Shown: one piece after another, positions 52,401 to 64,000 of the stretch | How the letters are laid out: each line of letters begins with the position of its first letter | Position numbering within the stretch: position 1 is the stretch's first letter | From: Trichoplax sp. H2 | Taxonomy: Eukaryota | Direction of reading: 5' to 3' | DNA length: 64,000 nt | NCBI GenBank assembly: GCA_003344405.1 | Contig: NOWV01000027.1 | Location: 124,001-188,000 of the forward strand | Notes under the pieces: model-generated | The model's input: only the letters and a program-made list of their open reading frames with translations | What the model was told of the DNA's origin: nothing | Databases searched by the model: none | Made by a program: the position numbers and the translations under genes

Positions 52401-54915
52401 TATTGATAATATAATTAGTAACTGGCGAAGTGATGATGAGAACGGTGATTCATGGAATCGAATCTGCAGCAACTTCTTAATACTACATTGCATACAATTA
52501 CAAAATCAATAAGCATTGGAATCTTATATTGTACGACTTTTTCAAATCTGTTATCAGTTTATCCAGCATATCTAAGTAGTTTAATATAATTACAAGATGT
52601 TATTGACTGCAAGCAATCATGTCGCAACGTAACAATCGTATAAATTAGGTGTCGGCGGGTAGCAGTAATGCATAGTACTGTATGTTAAGGTATATGCGTA
52701 CATTTACAAACTAGAAACTCTGCTTTTGTTAATAAAACGAGATTAATCATGAATAACGGAAAAAGTGTTTAACATAATCCAAGTGAGTTAAATAATTTTG
52801 TATAATCAGCACTACTTCTGCTTTTGTTAGATGATAAAAAGAGATTAATCACGAATAACGGAAAAGTATTCAACACCATCTGGATAAGGTAAATAATGAT
52901 TCCTACTAGCGTCGGTTTCAGGTTATCCTTCTCATAGAGTACGATGATATATTTTATGAGATAAGGTATACCTGTACTGTAAACGTGTCTGTCTTTCCTC
53001 ATTCAAAACACACTGTACTGTATACCACTGAAAAAGTTCTGAACAATTATGTAGAATATATTTTTAGGTTACAATATAATATTATGGTTGGTTTGTCGTA
53101 ACTACGTAACCCGCAATGCAAATGGTGGTCTGGTTATATACATGTATATCAGTAATTAATCAATTGTCAACATTAATGTATAGCTTTCCAGTAAAGGTCA
53201 ATCGCACATTGCTCATTGCGGAGAGGGCACTATTAGTAGCTAGGACTTGACAAAAGAATTATTCAAACATACGTAATTACATATATTAATTATGCATAAA
53301 AATATGCAAACACAATCAATTAAAATAAACTATGTTATAGGGCCAGTTTCTTTTGGGTCTTTAGAGTACAGCGTATAGTTTTACGTATATGTACCGCATA
53401 CCCAATAGGTAAATACATAGTGTAGATATCAGATGGTACGAATATTCTTTTAAGTAACGGATCACGCCATCAAAGCGATTGCTTACGAGCTCAGACATTG
53501 CAGAGATTTACAATACTTATATACAGACCTAGCTACATCATTGTAGAGATAGCTACACAACTTGTAGATGTAATATTCAAGCTATAGCTATCTAAATACG
53601 AGCTTTATCCAATAAATGCTAAACTGCGCTTTTTAAACCGAATTATGCAAGTATTGTTGCTAACATATAGTAAGATCTGTAATAATTATGCATATCGCTT
53701 TGCTAACCTTGGACATGATGAACCGGTCACTGGATGGATCTCTAGGAAAAGAGACTGTAAAAGAAACATTAGAAAATTAATCCCAAATCCTGAGATCGAT
53801 ATACGAGTTTAATCATTCCTTTATTGTTTTCGTATAATGTAAAAACAGTATCTCATAAAATATTTGCCAAGGAACAAGACAAGTAATGTATGTTATAAAT
53901 TTTGGTAGCAGCGCTCATACGTAGACCGAACTATTCACTCCATTGATCAGTAATTAGCTTGCAGACGAAATGATCGTCCACATAGATTACTATAGCTATA
54001 GTTTTCGATCTGCAATATCTACAATTTACTAATGAGCGCTGCATAAACTTGTACTCATCTATATATCGTGATCGGTAAATTTTTAAAATTGCTAATGACC
54101 ATGGTGTGTGCAGTACAGCACGTATACTGCGTGTGATGTATTTCAATATCCTTCATCAACAGAAGGAATTAAAAGTGTGTGTATAATATATATATATAGC
54201 CGTAGCTGCACAATGAAGGGAGGTTAATGTAGACCTAAAACGATTGATCATATCCATGCAAAGTGTAAGGATTTTATCATTTGATATACTACCTAGAGAA
54301 GTATTATTAAAGTTGTATCTTCTATGATTAATTACATATAATATAGCCAAGCAGTGATTAGTATAAATTCAGTCGATGAAAAAAAGGCTAAAAGAATGTT
54401 TTGGTGTTTTTCAAATAGTGTATATGTCGTTTACCGTATAGATAATTATAATCGGTCATTTTGCAAAAATGACCTGTGTACTGTCAGTATGTTTTTGTAA
54501 CTAGTACTGCAGCGTATGCATGCTTATGCAGAAAAACCTACTTACCTTTGTATCTCATGGTATTAAAAAAGAGGACAGACATGATTTCAGCAGCAGAGCA
54601 GCATGAAGTTGGATGACTGTTAACAATACATACAAAAAAAAAGTTCAATTTTCTCTCTATTATTAATGAGGTGAAAGAAAAGAGCTGCAACTGTTGGCCT
54701 AACAACACGGAAAACGAAAGGCCTAAAAAGATGGCTGGCAATGCTTTGCACAAAACCATATCGATGCGTCTATCCCATAGCTACACTCTACGTATAAAGA
54801 CTCACCCTGAATTGCTAGCATTAGTGCATTTTATGCTCAAAATACGCAGCTTATTGGCTGCATCTTTAAGCGCTTGGATACGCTTTTGATCCGGTCGGTG
54901 ATAGGAATTGGCCAT
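49410..54915 (-). CDS. TKT: Transketolase, multi-exon
   Basis: [85 protein letters not shown] 54915, stop 49410. Confidence 0.96.
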
Positions 54916-56149
54916 TTTGGTCGACGATGATGACGAGGTAACTTTTCGAAACAGTCAAAAGTTGGAAAGGGGGCGAAAATAGGAATGCAGTGATACTTAT
55001 AGTCTACAATACGCTCAGCGTACTGTACAGTACGGTATACTGTACGGGTACACTGGGTACAGCTACCACATTGCAGGGGGAAATGTACCGTAGTCTAACC
55101 GTACCGTACCAGGCTACAGCGGTGCCACTTGAATGCATAACACATACACTAATTGACCGTCGAATTTTTTCTATACCAGCCTGTCATATTATCACTCATG
55201 TTTACGTATCGATATCATTGAATTACCCATGACACTTTTCGATATTGAGCACTGTAGGGTACAGTACATTGTACCCAGTGTTGTGTACTGTACACTGTCA
55301 AGGTCGGCCCAGTGAAATAACATTGAAAATTTTTTTTTTTGACTAAAGAGTACAGCAACAAGTAGCTTTGATCGACCTTAACAAGAATAGAAATAGGTAA
55401 AAGCTATCCAGAAAATGTGTTACAAAACTAGCATGCAGTAAACTAATGCAAGATCCACTTCTAACATGTGTAGACTCATGAGCTGTGAATTGTATTGACG
55501 AAAATCTACTTCTCAACGTGATAATAATACTGTACTGTGTATGCACTAAAAGTCTGGAACAATAAAAAGGTGCTTGCTTTGTCGATATGAAAGGGTGAAA
55601 AATGAGTAACAGCTTTAATGAAAATGTGTTGCAAAACTACCGTACACTGTACACGACAGTCAAATGGACTCAAACAAGCAAAGATCTGCTTCTAATAGAA
55701 GTATATACACACATGAGCCATGAATTTAACTTTACAAAAGTCCATTTTTCTCCACCTTGTTCACTAACTTCATCATTTTCCCTACAGCTGGTATACTCTA
55801 GTATGCTGATACTTGAATAATCTAGATACTCAAACATGGCCTACGTTACTGAGCAACGTACACTGTAAACACAGTACTTAGACGTGGATTGCCGTAATTG
55901 AAAGAGAAGACAATAATGTCACATCAGCTGTCATTGGGCTGACCCGCAGCAGCGACGACTGCCTATAGGCTTCTTTTGTTTTTGTTTTTTCGATAGTCGA
56001 CCAATCGTATTCCTTGAACACAGCAAATGTATAACGTCTGTAACGTGATAACCTCACCTCACATGACAGTATGACAGCTCAGTACCTGAGCTTCGACGTC
56101 AAACGACGTCAATGACTAAAATGATGGAGCATGCAAAGCAATATTATGA

Positions 56150-58000
56150 CCTTTGCATTTTAATCATCCATAGATCCAATTTTTAACTACTAGTCTAACA
56201 AAATAATAACTCCCTTCAGGAACTTCTTTTCTGCTATATCTATTCATTGACTAGACACATTTATCATCCTGAAATAAATACAGCAAATAATAATAATTAC
56301 GATAACAAATTAGCTTTGATTCAAATTTTTCTCAGCCCCGTAGTAGCATATATAGCATATATATTGTATAATTAGAAAAATCCAATGCTATTGAATATCA
56401 TTGCGTAATGGCATTGAAGGATCGAAAATAAAATGAATCATTCATAAACCTATCCTATGCAATCTTGGACTACTAGTCTAGCGAAAGAACCACTGCCTTG
56501 ATCGATTTTTCTATTGCAATATCCATCAGTTGGCTGAACTTATTTGTCATCATGAGAATAATAAATTATCGTGCAAAATTGCATTATACAAAACAGTAGA
56601 GAAATCCAATCCCATTCAATATCATAGGGTAATGGCATTGAAGGATCGAAAATAAAATGAATCATTCATAAACCTATCCTATGCAATCTTGGACTACTAG
56701 TCTAGCGAAAGAGCCACTGCCTTGACAGATTTTTCTATTACAATATCCATCAGTTGGCTGAATTTATTTGTCATCATGAGAATCATAAATCATCGTGCAA
56801 AATTGCATTACATAAAATAGTAGAGAAATCTAATCCCATGCAATATTATTGGATCATTATATCGAAGGATTCGATATAAAACGAACATTCATAAACCGGG
56901 ACAATCTTTTATTACTCATCTAGCAAAAAATAATCACTCCCTTCAAGGACTTCTCTACTCCAATATCCATGAGTTGACTGCACTCGGTTATCATTATGAA
57001 ATAAATCATAAAGCAAAATTGCACAGTATAAAACAGTGGAGAAATCCAATACTAGGTGGATATCTTTTTGATTATGACATGGAAGAATTTAAAATAAAAT
57101 GGTCTTTCATAAGCCGGATCAAGTGCATTCGTTAAATACACTTGATTCTCATAAACCTATACAGTCTTTTACTAATAATGCAGCAAAATAGCTTCACTCG
57201 CGTCAGGGACTTTTCGACTACAATATCCATCAGTTGACTAGATACATTTGTCATCCTGAAATGAATACAGTAATAATACATCAAAAATAGCACAAATCAT
57301 ATAAGATATAATTGAGGAATTCAAAACTATTGAATACTAGTATCATTTGATTATAGTATTGAAAGATTTAAAATAAAATAGACATTCATAAATCGTACAA
57401 TCTTTCACCACTGTACTAGTTTAGCAAAGTGACCATTTGCTACAGGGACTTCTTTACTCCAAATATCCATCAGCGGACTAGACAGTAAGTAGACATGTTT
57501 GTTATCCTCCAATAGATAAAGTAATTAATACTACTGTAATAGCACAAATTAGACAGTAGAAGACAGCAAAGAGATTCAATACCATTGAGTACGTCATAAT
57601 ATTGATCACGCCATTGAAGGATTTCGATATAAAAATGGGACTCCACTACTTCATTACCATGAGTCAACTAGACTCGTTTCATCATCGTAAAATAAATTAG
57701 AATATAAAATTATAAATGCAAAACAGTAGAGGGATCAAATGTCATCAAAGAAGATCACTTGAATATGGCATTGAAAGATTTAAAAAATAAAATGGCCATA
57801 ATATATCCATAAACCTATACAATTATTTATTACCAGACGGTAAAATAACGGCTCCCTAAGGCAATCATCTAAGGCAATATTCAGCAGTTGATTACATTTG
57901 TTTATCATCGTGAAATATATTATAGCGCCATTATGCAAGACGGTAGAGGAGTCAAAATATCATTAATTAATTTCATTGTATCACGGCATTGTACAATTTG
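56150..58000. repeat. Degenerate tandem array of ~225-bp units (about 8-9 copies)
   Basis: Recurring blocks ggcattgaaggat...ttcataaacctat...atatccatcagttg...tcatcatga...aaacagtagagaaatccaat; the units at about 56376 and 56600 are near-identical with a 224-bp period. Confidence 0.9.
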
Positions 58001-58940
58001 TAACAAAATGTACAATGTCTGTGTTCCACAGTAAGCGTAGTTTTATCTAAATTTATTAAGGTGATCATAGTAATAGCATTGAAAATTAAAATTTATTAGC
58101 CTAGAGCCGTCATAAAGTTTAATAGAATTGTTGGTTACGCAAATGCCTGAATTTATGGATCATTAATCTTACGCATATTTACTTGTACATTCTAGAACAT
58201 CAAACACAAAATCATCATCAGCTTGATAGAATTTTATTTCAGATAGAACTATCTAGGACGGTTTGTATTACCAGTATCTCATAAGTTCAGTTCATAATAT
58301 TTACTTAAGTTATAATGATATCTCGAATGATTTGAGCAAGAGTGATACTAAGAATATTAACGAGGATAAAAGTATCGCAGCTATTTCAAGATCATCATTA
58401 GCAAATTTCATTAGTATAATGCGTAGCTTCGTATGTAATTTTAGCCTCTATTTCTTTCTATCAATATACATCTATCTAAGATTGATGATAATTATGATGA
58501 TTAATTTGACATTACGTAATTTATGAAGGATGTCAATAATGAAAGTGATGACTTGGAATAATTTGCGATAATATGGTAATAACGGCATTTAAAATGGCAT
58601 CCAAATAATCGACATAAAATAAAGCCCAAATGTAGAGGTATTATCTACAAGTGCTGCCGATATCAACACGTAACAAAGTTCTATAGTACATCTCTCTATC
58701 TCATAGTAATATTACATTTATTCACCACAACCTATGAATATTAAAATTATTATGTAGATATCGAGATAGAATCTTGAAATTAAATTTTTTTGATTTTCCA
58801 ATATCTGCAATATATCAATTTTCATTATTATCATTATCATCAATCAATATGCTTGCTACTTTCATTTCTATTGCTATCTAGCACTTTTAATTGAGTTATG
58901 ATAGGCATAGGTATACTATCACATTGATGAAAACGAAAAA

Positions 58941-61900
58941 CTAAACCCATGGTATGCTAGCGCCAACGCCTAATTGGGGAATAATCGTATCTACATGGCC
59001 TCCGCTGCCTTCTTCGGATGGTTTATCATGATAGGGTCCACTATTTTTAACATTTAGTACGGTTTGAGCACTAACAGGTTTCTCGTAGATCACAAGATCA
59101 TCTAATATGTAAAACACAAGTAAGGCCATCAATATGAGCAATTAAGTTTATAGAAATCGAGATGGAATAATCATCATTAACTTCTAGATTAAATCATAAA
59201 ATAATAAAAATTTTAACGCTACAATCGAACAACGAACTAATTGCTTATATTAAACTAGTAAAATTCTGATATGCAAAGGACTTCAAATTAGAAGATGTAG
59301 TTGGTTACAGTAGCAAATCCTTGAAATAAGTTACTTTATCCTATATAGAGAAGGATGAGAATAAATTATTATAGCGTGAACCGTTACCTATTTGGAAATG
59401 GGCTGGATCCTGTGTCGAACCTTCTTCTTTGCCAACTAATATAGTGTCATGTGCAGCTGTCGAAGTGGATTCAGCATAATCTAAAACAGCATCAGGAACA
59501 ACCTCCACACCATTAAGGTAGACTTGGATCACTACAAAAATTGAATTCATTTGTTTCATTGTGATTTAGAGTAATTCATGTAACAGCTCATGAAATGAAA
59601 AGCTTCATTAGAGTAAATTCCGAATCTTACTTAAACTATCTCTAATTCAGCAGAATAATATGCAACTCTGTTATTCTTACCTCCTTGCCTATTCCATACC
59701 ATTCCTATATGTTGCCAATTCAAAAAATCGGCAGCAAAATTGACAAAAGCTAGATAAACCTTTCCTGAATCGACAATATTAAAGTCGAAGTATTCATCAG
59801 AAATATCAGGATCGTATCGATATGCAATGGTTAATCCGTGTGTATTTAATAAGCTGGACGTTGATGATAAAAGGAACACTGTTTGATCTAGACTGTTCAG
59901 CTTAAACCAAAACATAACAGAAAGCCCATTAGTACATTGACTTGGATCTTGGATACAACGATTTGGGAAATTACCTATAAAAACAGATTCATAATTCAAT
60001 CAGAGACTCGATCAAGCTTTGGTATATCTTAAGACTTTCTTAATTATGGCTATCATTCTAACGTAGATATAATGTTAGAGTTGCTATGAGACCTTCATGT
60101 AGCTCGATTTACTATGCGCGTAGATAGGATTCTATAGACAGTTATTTAGAGTATTTTTATAACTGGTTGATTTATTTCTATTACCAAGATTGAGGTAATA
60201 TGAGCCACTAATATGCAGCGCATTCTTTCTTTGCCCTTGAACTAGTTCAATTTTATCGCCTGATCCACCGCTACCATGTTTTTCTACTACAGTAGTACCG
60301 GCCACCTTTCCACTCGGGTGAAAGCTATCAAAGTTCCAGTAATGGGGTGTATGTTCTGAATTGAATAATGACCATAATTAACCTTATGACATGCTATATA
60401 TTCTTACATATGCTACTTTTAACACTCAAAATAACTTAAGTATTTTTGCGTTAGATCGTTGTTTGCGTAGGCTAAAAATGATTGCCTTAATTTATTTATT
60501 ATTTGCTGATAATTTAAATGTATGGAACTGTCAATAACAAGCATTCTCATTGAAAGTAAACTACGGTACCCAATAGCAGAACAACCTATGATCGTTTTAT
60601 TTTTACTAAAATTTCTTACCATGACAATTATAGAGCAGATTAATAGAGACGATGTCAAGATAACTTAACCCTGTTGCCACACCAATAGAAGCACTATTAT
60701 GAGCTTGTACCGTTTTTTGAGAATTACCAGTGAAATCGAATTCTCCGTAATGCATGACCGATTTATAATCGTATTCCAAATTCTTATGATCGATCGCGGT
60801 ATGATCGTAAGAATCAAAATTGACTAACGCAGCTATAAGAAATAAATGCAAGAAATGCTTATAAGTAAATATGCTTGTTAATGCATTAATACAGCATTAA
60901 TGTGGAAGTAAAAAAATTGGATTATAAGAATAGTTAATGTCATAAAAGTCATAGAGATTAGTCTTTAGAATTATCATATAAGTAGAATCCTGACACAAAG
61001 ATTTATTCTGCAATAAGAATATTAATGAGTATCATTCATTTATTTGCGATACTATCCCCGACTTAACTTGGTAAAATATTTGCAGTGTTGACTTGGATAT
61101 AGCTTTCGCGATCATGTCTCGAATGCATATGAAATAACCCAAGTGCATGAGCAATCTCATGTTCCGCAGAAGCTGCTGATACACAGGAAGGAGAAAGTGA
61201 AACAGGCTGGGCGCCACCAGTTCGACCGACAAATGATGAACAGCTAATGGAATGATTCATGATTAAAAAATTTTAATGGAGTTCTAAATTATCATTCTTA
61301 CAACTTATTTCTACCAATATACTTATTATATTAACACTATGTTTATTACTGGCAATCAAATAAGTTATCTTAGATGCGAAAAATCGAAAATTTACCTTAA
61401 AGTTGAAGTAAATTCTAAATAGTCAACTTCCGAGTTTCGTGATTGAAATGTTAAGCAAGTATTATCTTGAAATTTCGTTATAGCGGCCTCAATAACAGAC
61501 CTTGTCGACGCAGCTAGTGATAATTATAAATTGGACATAAATGACATCCCTCCCTTATCATTATCTAAATATACCTTAAATTGCTTCTATATTTATCTTT
61601 TTAAATCTAAGGTTTAGTATATATTTTATAATCATACCGACTGTTACGTCGAATGTATACGGAATGGTTGTTGGCCAAATAGCTTGTGGATCGGTTGTTG
61701 TTGATTTTCGAACTAATTCATGAAATTCGCGAGTACTAATCGTTTTCTTGAGTGTATCATTTTTCAATATCTTTAATGCTTCAGAGCTAACAATGATGTC
61801 TCCTTCGAAAAGTTTCTCAGTGATAAAGTAATCTTTAGGCAGTGGGTAATTAGCAAATATGAAAATTAGAGCAGGAAAATACATTAATTAGCTAGTTGTT

Positions 61901-62507
61901 TTTGTAAATCTTTATAAACATGTGATCTTTTCAGTTAGCGCATTGAAAACCATCTATTGACGTATTTCATAGTAATTCGTAAAAGAATTTCATTTCATTA
62001 TTCAACGGTGTCTTCCTACCATTTATTATAACTACTTTACATCAGAATAGTAGAAAATAATTCAAAGTATTGTCATTTCATACCTGCATTACTGGCAATA
62101 ATTTTATTCATAGTTCCATTTACAGCAATTTCATTTGTATTCATTGACCTTCCTTGCTTATTAGAAGCATGATTTTTCAACTTATTCTTCAACTTCTTTT
62201 GCTTTCGTTGTTTCTTCCACTTTCTTAATTGCCTATAATAGTATTTTTTTAACTTTCTGCGTAGCTTCCGTTTTTTTTGATACGAGTCCAACGGGAAAAA
62301 TGTAACATTGCAGCTGACCATTTCCTGTATCATGTCCTTCGGACTAGAAACTTTATAGATAGCAGTTAACTGTTTCGCTGTAATAGCGGAATTATCAGAG
62401 CTTATCTGACTGCCATGATGATTAGCAGGGTGAGCAAAGTTTCGACGAGCATAAATAGCATAGGTTAACGTTGCTAGTATCGTTAATAGATTCAATAATA
62501 GCCGCAT
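58941..62507 (-). CDS. Secreted astacin-family (M12A) zinc metalloprotease with a C-terminal LamG/concanavalin-like domain; last exon uncertain (may end at 58696)
   Basis: Signal peptide MRLLLNLLTILATLTYA, pro-domain LFEGDI, HEIAHALGLFH zinc motif, Met-turn YDYKSVMHYG, then YWNFD, C..DPSQC.NGLSVMFWFK, WQHIGMVW and VYLNG typical of LamG-like domains. Confidence 0.88.
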
Positions 62508-64000
62508 CTTGCCTTTATCCACAAGCGGCTCGGTCTTCACGCAAATCTTTAATCAAGAATATAACTAATTTTGATCTTACGCATTGATCTTTATACTAAT
62601 AGCTCTGTCAATACAATCTTCAATCATGGATGAAGTCGATCTAAATCAGGAAGTAGACGTTTACTTAATTCAACGGATGCTAAAACATTATTAATATCAT
62701 TTACACAGCTGCAATATTATTTTTAATCCATAATCTATTCTTGCTTTTCAGGAAATGATTGATCTTACCGGTATTACTGAATGCTTAATTAATGAAGCAT
62801 TCAGTATATCTACTATAAGAGGTTACAGGTCATACTACATCATTATTCTATCGTATTATGGATATATTTTTATATCGATAGATACTGTAAACTTATTTGG
62901 GTATTAACTAATCTATCTATTTTTATTGTCTAGGATCTAGCTTTTTTAATTTGATTAATAAAATTGAATATTGATGATACCTAATATTACACTAACGGTA
63001 AACAGCTGATTGTTCTCATTCATTATTCTATTAAATTTACTACCATTAAAATATAAGGACGACTTACGTACTATATCTTACTATTATAAGCGTAGATCGC
63101 AAGTTGGTACATGACTATGAAGGTAAATAGTTACTATCTAAATCATATCGAAATGATCATTGTCTAATCGTAAAACCCTTGATACTATATATTTATTCTT
63201 TGATACATAATTTTCCGCCAATTTACGGTATATTTATATTTGGATAATAACATGTTTTGACGCATTTTTATTCATGATATTCAATCATGATTTTAGAACA
63301 AAACTATACTATTTAACTTCATAACGCAAACATAGCATCTTTTTTTTATTATAATATTATTTTGGAATCCTATCACTTATCGGTAGGTTAAATTCGTACC
63401 ATCGTATGTCTTTATTGTTGGGGCAATATCATTATATGTATATCATAAGCGTGCTTTACCTGCAGTTTACTACTAATCTTTACGCACAGGATAATTTGCT
63501 TCTTTAATAAATTAATGTCTATGCGCCTTTGACTCGTGGTAAATTTAAATTGGTATAAACTGATCTCTGTGTTGTCCAGTTTTACTTTCTGATTGCCACA
63601 TCAGCTGTGGCTGTTTCATTAGTAAATTTAACAGTATCTTTGTTACGACGTACTATTGCCAAACTAATATTTAGTAATTACATATCGTCTGCAGATTGCC
63701 TTTTAAAGGTCTCTGCTTTTAGAATTTTCCACGTAACAAAGATTATGTAAATCTTTACTGTTTATAAATGCGGGGAACTAAACGAAAATTATATTAATTA
63801 GTTCTAGATCCTTAGCCTTATTATTAAACTTGATAAGCGCATGGCACTGAAGGTTCTATCTAGCGCAATTATTAGCGTAATTGCACTGTTAATTATTTCA
63901 GTACGTTCAATCACCTATAAAGTTATACTGTATCTTAAAATAGGCTATCGTATTACACGAACATGAAACATTCTGTTCTACATATTCGTTGCATATTCAT

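Noticed and set aside
52719..52875. ~55-bp imperfect direct repeat in a TKT intron
   Set aside because: Small local duplication with no element hallmarks.
56150..58000. Tandem array as a CRISPR-like locus or repeated coding exons
   Set aside because: Whole units are homologous (no unique spacers), there are no cas genes, and no reading frame or splice sites are shared across units.
63457..63760. Exon-like minus-strand segment upstream of the astacin gene
   Set aside because: The frames I read contain stop codons; no recognisable product.

Overview
AT-rich, intron-dense eukaryotic (animal) genomic DNA. The compact genes and short GT-AG introns would fit a placozoan such as Trichoplax (inference only). 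The window carries conserved spliced genes: EXO1, MED6, YIPF4, DRC7/CCDC135, NAPEPLD, TKT, an astacin + LamG-like protease, and an unidentified multipass membrane gene. In the middle (about 20.9-36.9 kb) is an atypical cluster of three intact intronless ~830-860 aa ORFs and three decayed copies, in two subtypes (A and B). Each encodes an N-terminal TRAFAC-type P-loop GTPase, a coiled coil interrupted by an aromatic-rich domain, and a C-terminal U-box-like motif. The left edge of the cluster is a complex rearrangement: a 1.66-kb inverted repeat, a duplicated promoter/exon 1 of the neighbouring gene, and an inverted fragment of the GTPase gene itself. Also present: a solo LTR with a 5-bp TSD, a hAT-type MITE with an 8-bp TSD, a duplicated segment across an N gap, a ~225-bp degenerate tandem array, and an RFX X-box upstream of DRC7. 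All calls are from reading the sequence by eye; exon boundaries are approximate.
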